From Longimicrobiales bacterium (GTDB taxonomy: Bacteria; Gemmatimonadota; Gemmatimonadetes; Longimicrobiales; Gaopeijiaceae): a DNA stretch of 64,000 nt. The number at the start of each line of letters is the position of its first letter. Position 1 is the first letter of the stretch. The stretch is from assembly GCA_965218295.1 (NCBI GenBank), contig CBDCKN010000017.1:70088-134087 (forward strand), read 5' to 3'. The notes under the pieces are model-generated. The model had not been told where the DNA came from, did not search any database, and saw only the letters and a program-made list of their open reading frames with translations. Positions 24,551 to 33,239 of this stretch are shown here, in pieces. The position numbers and the translations under genes are program-made.

Positions 24551-25962
24551 GCTTGGAGACGACCGGCCTCGGGGGCGTGGACCTCGTAGCCTTCATGGCG
24601 GTGCTGCCCGCCGGAGTGAATCCGCAGATCCGCGGCCTCGCCGACGAAGTACAGGACCGCAAGAACCTGGTCCAGACGCTTCTGACCGAGGAGCGGAAGA
24701 CTGAGGATCATCCACAGGTGAGGGCGGTGCGGGCCCAGCTCCAGGCAAAGGAGGCCGAACTCAGAACCGCAGTCGATGAGAACCTGGGCGTCCTCGACAC
24801 CCAAATAGCGGACCAGCAGGCCCAGCTCAACCAGATTCGGGCCGACCAGGCGAACTTCCCCGAGCTCGAGAACCGGCTCGAGGAGCTGAACATCCAGCTC
24901 GGACTCGACCAGGAGACCGTGCGCTTTCTCAAGTCCCAGCAGTACCAGGGGGAGATCACCGCCGCGGGTGCGTCGGCCTATGTCGCCGTCGTCGACTCGG
25001 CCGACAGCGTGAGCCCGGTGACGACTGGCGGACGGACCAATCTTCTCCTCGGCGCGCTCCTGGGGCTGATCCTCGGGGTTGGGGCGGCGTTCTTCCTCGA
25101 GTATCTCGACCGTACGGTCCGCACCAGCGCAGACGTCGAGACACTCCTCAGTATTCCGGTCCTCGGCATCATACCGCGGCTCCGGAAGCTCAGGCCCGAG
25201 TCGGAAGAGGACGACGGCCACGGCGCCCTTCCCCTCATGGTGGCACTGGATCCTCTCGATCCGGCCGCCGAGGCGTACCGCAACCTGCGCATGAACCTGA
25301 TGTTCATGAGCACCGACGACGAGCCCATCCGGACCCTGCTCTTCTCGAGCCCAGGCCCCAACGAAGGCAAGTCCACAACTGCGATCAACTTCGCCGTCAT
25401 GCTGGCGCAACAGGGGCAGCGTGTGCTGCTCATCGACGCGGACCTGCGTCGCCCCGCTCTGCACCGGGCCATGGACGTGCTCCGGGAGCCGGGGCTAACC
25501 AACCTGATGGTGGGAGACGCGGAGTTGCGCGAGGCTGTTCGGCCCAACGTCCTCCCGAACCTGGATCTACTACCCAGCGGGCCTTTCCCGCCCAACCCAT
25601 CCGAACTCCTCAACTCCAAGACCATGCAGCGTCTTCTGGAGGAGTTCGAAGGGAAGTACAGCCACGTCATCCTGGATACGCCACCCATCCTCGCCGTCAC
25701 CGACTCGGCGGTTCTGGGCGTCCACACCGATGGTGTCGTTCTCGTGCTGCGGTCTGGAGAGACTGAGCAACGGGCAGCCGAGCGGGCCGTGGATCAGCTC
25801 CGAAGGGTCGGCGTGAGGGTCTTCGGGGCGGTGCTGAACGAGGTGTCCTCCGCCACCGTGGAGGAGAGCTACTATATGCAGTATTACTACAGCTACCATC
25901 CACGCCAGGATGGTGGACTCAAGAAGCTGGCCAAGGGGCTACAGAAGGCGAAGATCTGGTAG
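24547..25962 (+). CDS. Wzc-type polysaccharide co-polymerase, C-terminal part with a BY-kinase (tyrosine autokinase) domain
   Basis: Coiled-coil region, TM2 LLLGALLGLILGVGAAFFL, Walker A SSPGPNEGKSTTAINFA, Walker A-prime VLLIDADLRRP, Walker B VILDTPP, C-terminal Y-rich YYMQYYYSY. Confidence 0.8.
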   Translation: MSLETTGLGGVDLVAFMAVLPAGVNPQIRGLADEVQDRKNLVQTLLTEERKTEDHPQVRAVRAQLQAKEAELRTAVDENLGVLDTQIADQQAQLNQIRADQANFPELENRLEELNIQLGLDQETVRFLKSQQYQGEITAAGASAYVAVVDSADSVSPVTTGGRTNLLLGALLGLILGVGAAFFLEYLDRTVRTSADVETLLSIPVLGIIPRLRKLRPESEEDDGHGALPLMVALDPLDPAAEAYRNLRMNLMFMSTDDEPIRTLLFSSPGPNEGKSTTAINFAVMLAQQGQRVLLIDADLRRPALHRAMDVLREPGLTNLMVGDAELREAVRPNVLPNLDLLPSGPFPPNPSELLNSKTMQRLLEEFEGKYSHVILDTPPILAVTDSAVLGVHTDGVVLVLRSGETEQRAAERAVDQLRRVGVRVFGAVLNEVSSATVEESYYMQYYYSYHPRQDGGLKKLAKGLQKAKIW

Positions 25963-26126
25963 AAGCTCCCCGCTTCAACCCCCCATCCGACTTTTCCGAG
26001 CCGCGGCCCGTCGGGTCGTCGTCACCTCCTGATCGTCCTCTCCTAGTGCGCTTGCGGCGGAGGCCCCCACCCCCGAGATTGCCCTAGAATTTCCAGGGAA
26101 AATTCGGGCTGGGTAGCCCAGCCGTA

Positions 26127-26163
26127 CGACGGGTGAACAGCGAATGTTCCCCGTCGCTTTTTT
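26127..26163 (+). terminator. canonical intrinsic terminator 74 nt upstream of the P5C dehydrogenase start
   Basis: CGACGGG(T)GAACA-GCGAA-TGTTCCCCGTCG stem (12 bp with one bulge), followed by C and six T (26158..26163). Confidence 0.7.
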
Positions 26164-26236
26164 GGGATGCCGAGCAGCCCCCCAGCGGCAAGAGCTGACT
26201 TCCAAAGACAACTATCCGCCTCGAGAGCCTACTTCA

Positions 26237-27865
26237 ATGAACGGCACGTACAGAGTTCCCCACCCCAAGAACGAGCCTTTCCGAAGCTACGCGCCCGGGA
26301 CACCCGAGCGCGATTCCATCAAGGCCAGATTGGCCACCATGGCTGCCGACCAGATCGAGATTCCGCTGATCATCGGGGGCCAAGAGATCCGTACCGGAAG
26401 GACTACGGACGCGGTCATGCCTCACCGGCATTCCCACGTCCTTGCCACCTGCCACCGCAGTGGGACAGACGAGATCAAACAGGCGATCCAAGCCTCCACC
26501 GACGCCCACCGGGAGTGGTCCGCCATGCGTTGGGAGGACCGCGCTTCGATCTTCCTGACGGCATCCGAGCTCCTGGCCACCACGTGGCGGGACACGCTGA
26601 ACGCAGCCACTATGCTAGACCAGAGCAAGACCGTATATCAGGCCGAGATCGACGCGGCTGTTGAGTTCATCGACTTCCTCCGCTTCAACGTCCACTTCGC
26701 CCAGACCATCTACGAGGGTCAGCCCTTCTCTAGCGAGGGGATATGGAACCGCACCGAGTACCGCCCGCTCGAGGGCTTCGTGTACGCGGTCAGCCCGTTC
26801 AACTTCACGGCCATAGGCGGCAACCTGTCGTCCTCCCCTGCCATCATGGGCAACACGATTCTGTGGAAGCCCTCGAGCGCCGCGCTCCTGGGGAGCTACT
26901 ACGTCATGCGGCTCTTCGAGGCGGCGGGGCTCCCCCCGGGAGTCATCAACTTCATGCCCGGACCCCCGGCCGACACGACCGAGCTCGTGCTGGGCAGTCC
27001 CGACTTTGCCGGGGTTCACTTCACTGGCTCCACGGGTGTGTTCCAAAGCCTCTGGAAGACCGTGGGCGAGCGCATCGGCAACTACCGGTCCTACCCACGC
27101 CTCGTCGGGGAGACCGGAGGGAAGGACTACATCGTGGCCCATCCCAGCGCCGACGTGGACGCCCTGCGGACCGCCATAGTGCGAGGCTCCTTCGAGTACC
27201 AGGGCCAGAAGTGCAGCGCGGCGTCCCGCGCTTACGTCCCCGAGAGCCTCTGGCGGCAACTGAAGGATCCCCTCGTCGATGAGACCAACGCCATCACCAT
27301 GGGGGAGCCCACTGACTTCCGGAACTTCATGGGGGCGGTGATCCACGCGTCGGCCTTCGAGAAGATCACCGGCTACATCGACCGCGCGGCGGCCAGCTCC
27401 GACGCCGACATCGTCGCCGGTGGGGAATACGACGACTCCGAGGGCTATTTCATCCGGCCCACCATCATCCAGTCCCACAAGCCGGACTACGAGTCCATGC
27501 GCGACGAGATCTTCGGACCGGTGGTCACGGTGTACGTGTACCCCGACGCTGAGTGGAGCGCCATGCTTTCGCTGGTGGAATCCACCTCCCCCTATGCCCT
27601 CACGGGGGCGGTCTTCAGCCGGGATCGGGTCGCCCTGAGAGAGACCCGCGACGCCCTTCGGTTCACGGCGGGCAACTTCTACATCAACGACAAGCCCACG
27701 GGGGCAGTGGTGGGCCAGCAGCCCTTCGGCGGAGGCCGGGCCAGCGGGACGAACGACAAGGCCGGCTCGGCGCTGAACTTGCTGCGCTGGGTCTCGGCGC
27801 AGAGCATTAAAGAGACGTTCGTGCCCCCGACGGATTATCGCTATCCGTTCATGGACGCGGAGTAG
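26237..27865 (+). CDS. pruA: L-glutamate gamma-semialdehyde (1-pyrroline-5-carboxylate) dehydrogenase, ALDH4-type
   Basis: N-terminus YRVPHPKNEPFRSYAPGTPERD, QAEIDAAVEFIDFLRFN, catalytic FEYQGQKCSA. ATG at 26237; the track ORF starts at 26144. Confidence 0.9.
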   Translation: MNGTYRVPHPKNEPFRSYAPGTPERDSIKARLATMAADQIEIPLIIGGQEIRTGRTTDAVMPHRHSHVLATCHRSGTDEIKQAIQASTDAHREWSAMRWEDRASIFLTASELLATTWRDTLNAATMLDQSKTVYQAEIDAAVEFIDFLRFNVHFAQTIYEGQPFSSEGIWNRTEYRPLEGFVYAVSPFNFTAIGGNLSSSPAIMGNTILWKPSSAALLGSYYVMRLFEAAGLPPGVINFMPGPPADTTELVLGSPDFAGVHFTGSTGVFQSLWKTVGERIGNYRSYPRLVGETGGKDYIVAHPSADVDALRTAIVRGSFEYQGQKCSAASRAYVPESLWRQLKDPLVDETNAITMGEPTDFRNFMGAVIHASAFEKITGYIDRAAASSDADIVAGGEYDDSEGYFIRPTIIQSHKPDYESMRDEIFGPVVTVYVYPDAEWSAMLSLVESTSPYALTGAVFSRDRVALRETRDALRFTAGNFYINDKPTGAVVGQQPFGGGRASGTNDKAGSALNLLRWVSAQSIKETFVPPTDYRYPFMDAE

Positions 27866-27934
27866 GAACGGCGCAAACGGTCAACAAGAGGAAACCCCAT
27901 GGGGAGAGTCCTCAGGGGGTTCGGATTCCGCGCT

Positions 27935-28525
27935 TCAGCCGCTCAGCCGGCCGAGAAGCGTGCTGAGGGCGTGATACCCTCCCCCCCCTGGAGCCTCGAA
28001 AACCACTCGCCTCAGGACCAGGTCGTCGAGGGCCTCACGGTGGTTCGCTCCGGGAAACACCTCCTCCACCTCAGCGGCTTCGATGCGGCGGCGGGTCTCC
28101 AGGACGCACCAGGCGTGGTCTTCGTCCTGGGTCGGGCTCCCGAGGAGCTCGAACTGGCCGCCACTCACCTCCGCGACGGCCAGCAGGGACTGCCGCTGGA
28201 GAACGGCTTCGATGGGCTCTCGGTGGATCTGGCTGACGCCCCTGAACACGAACAGGGCGTCCCCCGGTCTGTCCTCTTCGAGAAAGTGGAGGATGAGCTT
28301 GGCAACGACCTCGTCGGCACACGAGAAGTCGATGACCGTGACCTCGGAAAGATCGATGAGGGACAGGGAGGTCCGGCCGCTCTCTGCCAGCTGAGCCTCG
28401 ATGGCCATCCGCACGGCCCGGCCGGTGGGCCTTGTGACGAGGTGCGAGTAGAGCGAGGCGATGGAGCGCTGCAGGAGCAAGCCCACGTCGATGGCGATGG
28501 GATCGACCCCCAACTCATGCCTCAT
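27935..28525 (-). CDS. STAS-like (DUF4325-like) domain protein
   Basis: LVTRPTGRAVRMAIEAQL...LSLIDLSEVTVIDFSCADEVVAKL recalls the DUF4325 pattern (tRxxG...iDFxgv...SFaDE). ATG at 28525 overlaps the upstream stop by 11 nt. The track ORF is extended to 28738. Confidence 0.55.
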   Translation of the reverse strand: MRHELGVDPIAIDVGLLLQRSIASLYSHLVTRPTGRAVRMAIEAQLAESGRTSLSLIDLSEVTVIDFSCADEVVAKLILHFLEEDRPGDALFVFRGVSQIHREPIEAVLQRQSLLAVAEVSGGQFELLGSPTQDEDHAWCVLETRRRIEAAEVEEVFPGANHREALDDLVLRRVVFEAPGGGGYHALSTLLGRLSG

Positions 28526-29408
28526 CGGCGACCCGCTCCGGGAGGATGATGTTGATCTGCGTCCCTGGGAAGTCGGGCAGCCCCTCTTCCATGGGTGGTG
28601 AGTCGAACCAATCGGGAACGTCCGCGATACGCGCCGTGCCGCTCCGGATGGAGATGAGGCCGTCCCAGCGCCGGACCTGCTTCCGGATCTGCTGAATCCC
28701 CTGTCCCCTGCCCGAGTCGGGAAAACGTGTGAGGCCATGTATGAACGCGGCTTCCAGAGCCGTGGCGTCGCCCCAACGATCGGCGAAGCGAGCCGAATGC
28801 TCGTCGGCGAGAGAGCCTCGGAAGCCCCTCCCCAGATCGGATACGGAGATGATGACTACCTGGCGACCCAACCTCCTGGACCAGTTGTACGACTGGGCCG
28901 CCACCCACCCGGCAGCCTCAGCGTGTTCGATGATGTTCTGGCATACCTCGCTCAGGATGACACTGAACTGGACCACGCTCGTCGGTGGATAGCTCAGAGT
29001 CTTGGACAGGATGGCGCCAGCGCGCTTCTGGACCCGATCCACCACCTCGTGGACGTCGCTGTTGGTAGTGATGGGTGTGATCTCGAGCAGAACGTCGGAC
29101 TCTCCCATCGATCCCTTGTGGGGAGTCGGGCCGGTGGCGAACACCCCCTCCGCCGCCTGGAAGAACCCCATGCGACCCATGTAGCTCTTCACGTCTCCGA
29201 CGTCGGCCAGCTCCAGGTGGGGAGTCTCTCCGCTCCGATCGCGTGCAACGGAGCCGGCGGCCAACAGGTTCACCATCCCGTTGGGGCCGACCCACCGAAG
29301 GTGCCGTCCGTCGAAGAGGACCTTCTCGTGCCCCGCCTCAGTGACTTCGGCGAGGAGGGCGTCGTAGCTGTGAAAGTCGAGGGAGCCTGGGAGGTCGATG
29401 ACCTTCAT
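28515..29408 (-). CDS. STAS-like N-terminal domain fused to an RsbW/SpoIIAB-type GHKL ATPase (serine kinase-like)
   Basis: N-terminal VLFDGRHLRWVGPNGMVNLLAAG (STAS-like). N-box ILSEVCQNIIEHAE, G1 VSDLGRGF, G2 DSGRGQGIQQI. The start overlaps the PfkB stop (ATGA). Confidence 0.65.
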   Translation of the reverse strand: MKVIDLPGSLDFHSYDALLAEVTEAGHEKVLFDGRHLRWVGPNGMVNLLAAGSVARDRSGETPHLELADVGDVKSYMGRMGFFQAAEGVFATGPTPHKGSMGESDVLLEITPITTNSDVHEVVDRVQKRAGAILSKTLSYPPTSVVQFSVILSEVCQNIIEHAEAAGWVAAQSYNWSRRLGRQVVIISVSDLGRGFRGSLADEHSARFADRWGDATALEAAFIHGLTRFPDSGRGQGIQQIRKQVRRWDGLISIRSGTARIADVPDWFDSPPMEEGLPDFPGTQINIILPERVADEA

Positions 29409-30412
29409 GCGTCCCCCTGTACGGATAGTCGGCCTCTCAGATGCCGGTGCAAGCCGCTGGCGCCTCGGTGTTCCACGTTCCTGGATGCCATGCGGTTCGC
29501 GTGGGTCATGGCCGTATGACGTTCATCTCCTCCCAGCAGTCGGGCAAAGAAAGTAGCTCCCCAAACGTCTCCGCAGCCAGTGGGGTCACCTCGCAGCTCC
29601 CCCGTCTCCGAGAGGGCGCGACCACTGCGCGCGGGGCCGGGCGCGGCGACCCGATGACGCGTCTCGGGCCAGCGCGCCGGGTCACTGTCGAACCCAGCTC
29701 CCGCCACGTAGCCTGCCCCTGTCGGGCCTAGTGTGACGGCGATGAGCTTGAGCTCGGGGCCGACGATCTGGGAGGCCACCTCCCAGGGATCGCCCATGGC
29801 CCGTCCCAACAGCTCGAACTCCTCTTCGTTCATCTGAACGGCGTCGAAACAGCGGAGCCAGGCACCCCAGGAAGGGAGCTCCTGGGGGATCCGCATCCCG
29901 CTCCGCGCCACGCCCAGGAAGAGAGAGTGGAGGTCGGCATAGGTTGGCCCTGGGAAGGCGCTTCTCAGAGCCCGGGCCGTATCCAGCTCCATCTCGAAGC
30001 CGGAGATGAAGTTGATGTAGAGGGCGTCGCAGGTCCCCACTAGCGGACCCAACTCGGCCCACAACCATGGGGGCACGCCACCGGTCAACCGCTCGCTGCG
30101 GCGCTCGTTCCCGGAGTAGACCAACTCGACCCGGTTGCTGGGCTCCGGCACAATGCGGATCCCCGTCTCCACATCCATACGGGGAAGGTCGCGAAGGAAC
30201 CTCCACGCCTTTTCGGAGAGGTCGGATCCGATCTTGACGATGGGCACCAGCTCCCATGCGGCAGGAAGAGCCGCTTCCAAGGCGGACAGGGCATAGGCTA
30301 TCCCTCCCCACTCCTCCACAGGCTCGCTCCGGCCGTCCCGATGCCGAATCGTGTCCCACACGAGGGTCCCCACCACGCCGAGGCGCTTGGGGCCCGTCTC
30401 ACACGCCTGCAT
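29405..30412 (-). CDS. PfkB-family carbohydrate kinase
   Basis: N-terminal VVGTLVWDTI, C-terminal anion-hole motif DPTGCGDVWGATFFARLL. ATG at 30412 preferred; the longest ORF reaches 30457. Confidence 0.8.
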   Translation of the reverse strand: MQACETGPKRLGVVGTLVWDTIRHRDGRSEPVEEWGGIAYALSALEAALPAAWELVPIVKIGSDLSEKAWRFLRDLPRMDVETGIRIVPEPSNRVELVYSGNERRSERLTGGVPPWLWAELGPLVGTCDALYINFISGFEMELDTARALRSAFPGPTYADLHSLFLGVARSGMRIPQELPSWGAWLRCFDAVQMNEEEFELLGRAMGDPWEVASQIVGPELKLIAVTLGPTGAGYVAGAGFDSDPARWPETRHRVAAPGPARSGRALSETGELRGDPTGCGDVWGATFFARLLGGDERHTAMTHANRMASRNVEHRGASGLHRHLRGRLSVQGDA

Positions 30413-31286
30413 CAGCCTCTTCGAGCTCGGCAATACCGCGTCGCGCTCGCACCTCACCGTTCGCTCGTATGCGATCCCGGATCGCTCGGTTGCCGGCCAC
30501 CACCTCCGGACTGCGATACGGCCTCGGATGCCACAGGTGGAGGCAGGGTGCCCGATGGCGGATCTGCCGTCCTGGGACTCCCAGGTTCACCAAGCGCTCT
30601 CCGAGGGCCCGGTCCAGACCACCGTAGCCCATATCCATGTCGAAGCCGTTCACGGCCACGACGGCACTCTTCCAGGTGGAGGCGTTGTGTCCGTTCCAGG
30701 TGGGGCGAGTCGGCGTGACCCGGTCAAGGAGGGACCCCAGCTTCGGCGACCGTGTCAGGCGAAGGCGGCGACGCCCTCCCCGCCACCCCCTGGCCGTCAG
30801 CCACGAGCTTTTGAACACGCTCCCTGATCTCACGTCTTCGAGGGTCATGGCCTCGGAGAGCTCCCGGGGGAGCTTCAGGTATCCCCCTGAGAGGAAGGTG
30901 GATGGACGGGCTTCGCGGACGTGCACCGCCACGAAGTCCTCCCTCGGGATGCAATCGCCATCGGAGAAGATCAGGTAATCGCCGGTTGCCGCCACCACGG
31001 CACGGTTCAGGATCTCCGTCTTCCGGAATCCCCGATCTTCATGCCACTCGCGGCGAATCGTGAGCGCGGCTTCTTCGCGGACCCGGTCGATGACGCGGTC
31101 CGTCTCCGGACCCGATCCGTCGTCGGCCACGACGATCTCGAAATCACTGAACGTCTGGTTGGCGTAGCCCCAGAGCACGAGCTCCAAAGCCTGGGGCTGC
31201 CGGTACGTGGTGAGGATGACCGAGGGACGCACGCCGCGCTCGGCCTGCGAGGGCCCCGGCGCGGAGGCCTCTGCGTCGGCGCTCAT
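30399..31286 (-). CDS. family 2 glycosyltransferase
   Basis: [42 protein letters not shown] and DGDCIPRED (DxD-type motifs). The start overlaps the lepA stop (ATGA at 31283..31286). Confidence 0.85.
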   Translation of the reverse strand: MSADAEASAPGPSQAERGVRPSVILTTYRQPQALELVLWGYANQTFSDFEIVVADDGSGPETDRVIDRVREEAALTIRREWHEDRGFRKTEILNRAVVAATGDYLIFSDGDCIPREDFVAVHVREARPSTFLSGGYLKLPRELSEAMTLEDVRSGSVFKSSWLTARGWRGGRRRLRLTRSPKLGSLLDRVTPTRPTWNGHNASTWKSAVVAVNGFDMDMGYGGLDRALGERLVNLGVPGRQIRHRAPCLHLWHPRPYRSPEVVAGNRAIRDRIRANGEVRARRGIAELEEADAGV

Positions 31287-33085
31287 GAATCACCCAGTTG
31301 GAGGACCGCCAGGAAGGCCTCCTGCGGAATCTCGACGGCCCCGACCTGCTTCATCCGCTTCTTTCCGGCCTTCTGCTTCTCCAGGAGCTTCCGCTTCCGC
31401 GTGATGTCACCGCCATAACACTTCGCGGTCACGTTCTTGCGAAGGGCTTTCACATTTGTGCGCGCCACGATCTGGGTCCCGATTGCGGCCTGCAGGGCCA
31501 CCTCGAACTGCTGACGTGGGATCAGCTTCTTGAGCCGTCGCACCAGATCACGGCCGTACTCGAAGGCCTTCTCCTGATGAATGATCACCGAGAACGCGTC
31601 CACGGGGTCGCCGTTCACCATAATGTCGAGCTTGACCAGATCGTCGGCCCGGAACTCCAGGAACTCGTAGTCGAGAGCCGCATAGCCGCGAGTCCCACCC
31701 TTGAGCCTGTCGTAGAAATCCAGAACGATTTCGGCCAGAGGCAGCTCGAAGTCCATCTCCACCCGCTGGGTGTCGAGGTATTGCATCTCCTTGAAGATCC
31801 CCCGGCGGTCGTGGCAGAGCTTCTGTACGTTGCCGATGTACTCGGCGGGGCAGACGATGCGAGCCCTCACGATGGGCTCCGAGATGCTGTCGATGCGGCC
31901 GTGCTCTGGAAGCGCCGTAGGATTCTCCAGGATCACCTCGGTGCCATCGGAGAGGTTCACGTGGTACTCCACGTTGGGCACGGTGGTGATTAGGTCTACG
32001 TCGAACTCACGATCCAGACGCTCCTGGACGATCTCCATGTGGAGGAGCCCGAGAAACCCGCAGCGGAAGCCGAAGCCCAGTGCGGCAGACGTTTCGGCGA
32101 CGTAGTGCAGGCTGGCGTCGTTGAGCTGGAGGCGAGCCAAGGCGTCACGGAGGTTCTCGTAGTCGTCTGCATCGGTGGGGTAGAGGCCGGCGAAGACCAT
32201 GGAGTGTACGTCCTTGTAGCCCTCAAGGAGTTCCTCGGCCGTATTGTCTGCGTCCAGGATCGTGTCTCCGACACGGGTGTGCGCTACAACCTTGATGGCC
32301 GCGATGACGTACCCCACCTCGCCCGGCGTCAGCTCGGGTTGTGGCACTCGCCCCAGGCGCATGAAGCCCACCTCAGTGACTTCGTAGCGCTGGTCGACGG
32401 CTCCGAAGGTGATGGACATCCCGGGCTTCACTACGCCGTCAACGATCCTCACGTTGGGGACGGCTCCCTGATACTGGTCGTACCAGGAGTCGAAGATCAG
32501 AGCCCGAAGAGGCGCTTTGGCATCCCCCACGGGAGGCGGCACCTGATGGACTACCGCCTCCAGCACCGGCGTGATGCCGATCCCCTCCTTAGCGCTGGCC
32601 AGGAGGATGGTCTCGGGCTCGACGCCCATGAGGTCGGCGAGCTCCGCCTGCCGTCGCTCCGGCTCGGCCCCTGGCAGGTCGATCTTGTTGATGACCGGGA
32701 TGACCTCGAGATCGGCGTCCAGGGCCAGGAACAGGTTGGAGAGCGTCTGAGCCTGGACGCCCTGCGTGGCGTCGACCACGAGGATAGCGCCTTCGCAGGC
32801 AGCGAGGGACCGCGAGACCTCGTACGTGAAATCCACATGTCCCGGCGTGTCGATGAGGTTCAGAACGTACTCGCCACCGTCCTCCGCACCGTAAACCATC
32901 CGGACCGCGTGGAGCTTTATGGTGATGCCTCGCTCCCGCTCCAGCTCGTTGGAGTCCAGGACCTGCTCCCGCATCTCGCGCTCATCGAGCGTGCGGGTCT
33001 CCTCGAGCAACCGATCGGCCAGGGTCGACTTGCCGTGATCGATGTGTGCGATGATGCAAAAGTTGCGGATGTGGTCGAGGTCCAC
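31283..33085 (-). CDS. lepA: translation elongation factor 4
   Basis: [23 protein letters not shown]1 motif, [13 protein letters not shown], LepA-specific C-terminal domain, 600 aa. Confidence 0.97.
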   Translation of the reverse strand: MDLDHIRNFCIIAHIDHGKSTLADRLLEETRTLDEREMREQVLDSNELERERGITIKLHAVRMVYGAEDGGEYVLNLIDTPGHVDFTYEVSRSLAACEGAILVVDATQGVQAQTLSNLFLALDADLEVIPVINKIDLPGAEPERRQAELADLMGVEPETILLASAKEGIGITPVLEAVVHQVPPPVGDAKAPLRALIFDSWYDQYQGAVPNVRIVDGVVKPGMSITFGAVDQRYEVTEVGFMRLGRVPQPELTPGEVGYVIAAIKVVAHTRVGDTILDADNTAEELLEGYKDVHSMVFAGLYPTDADDYENLRDALARLQLNDASLHYVAETSAALGFGFRCGFLGLLHMEIVQERLDREFDVDLITTVPNVEYHVNLSDGTEVILENPTALPEHGRIDSISEPIVRARIVCPAEYIGNVQKLCHDRRGIFKEMQYLDTQRVEMDFELPLAEIVLDFYDRLKGGTRGYAALDYEFLEFRADDLVKLDIMVNGDPVDAFSVIIHQEKAFEYGRDLVRRLKKLIPRQQFEVALQAAIGTQIVARTNVKALRKNVTAKCYGGDITRKRKLLEKQKAGKKRMKQVGAVEIPQEAFLAVLQLGDS

Positions 33086-33152
33086 TGGGGAGGCGATTCC
33101 ACCTAGAGGGTCGGACTTGGGCTGAATTCATGAAGATAATCGGGCCGAATGG

Positions 33153-33193
33153 ACCAAAGAAGACGGGCCGACGGCCTGTGCAGCCGGCCCCGT
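33153..33193 (-). terminator. intrinsic terminator candidate between the DUF4384 gene and lepA
   Basis: Minus-strand RNA reads ACGGGGCCGGC-UGCACA-GGCCGUCGGCCCGU (GC-rich imperfect stem), followed by CUUCUUUGG. Confidence 0.45.
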
Positions 33194-33239
33194 GCCAACC
33201 CACGATTCCTAGTGGTCCTCCGCTAGTCCACCCGGCTCA

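Noticed and set aside
27915-27935. A tRNA T-arm-like string, GGGGGTTCGGATTCCGC, downstream of pruA.
   Set aside because: The flanking bases do not form a 5-bp T-stem, and no acceptor or anticodon arms can be drawn. I found no convincing tRNA in any intergenic gap of the window.
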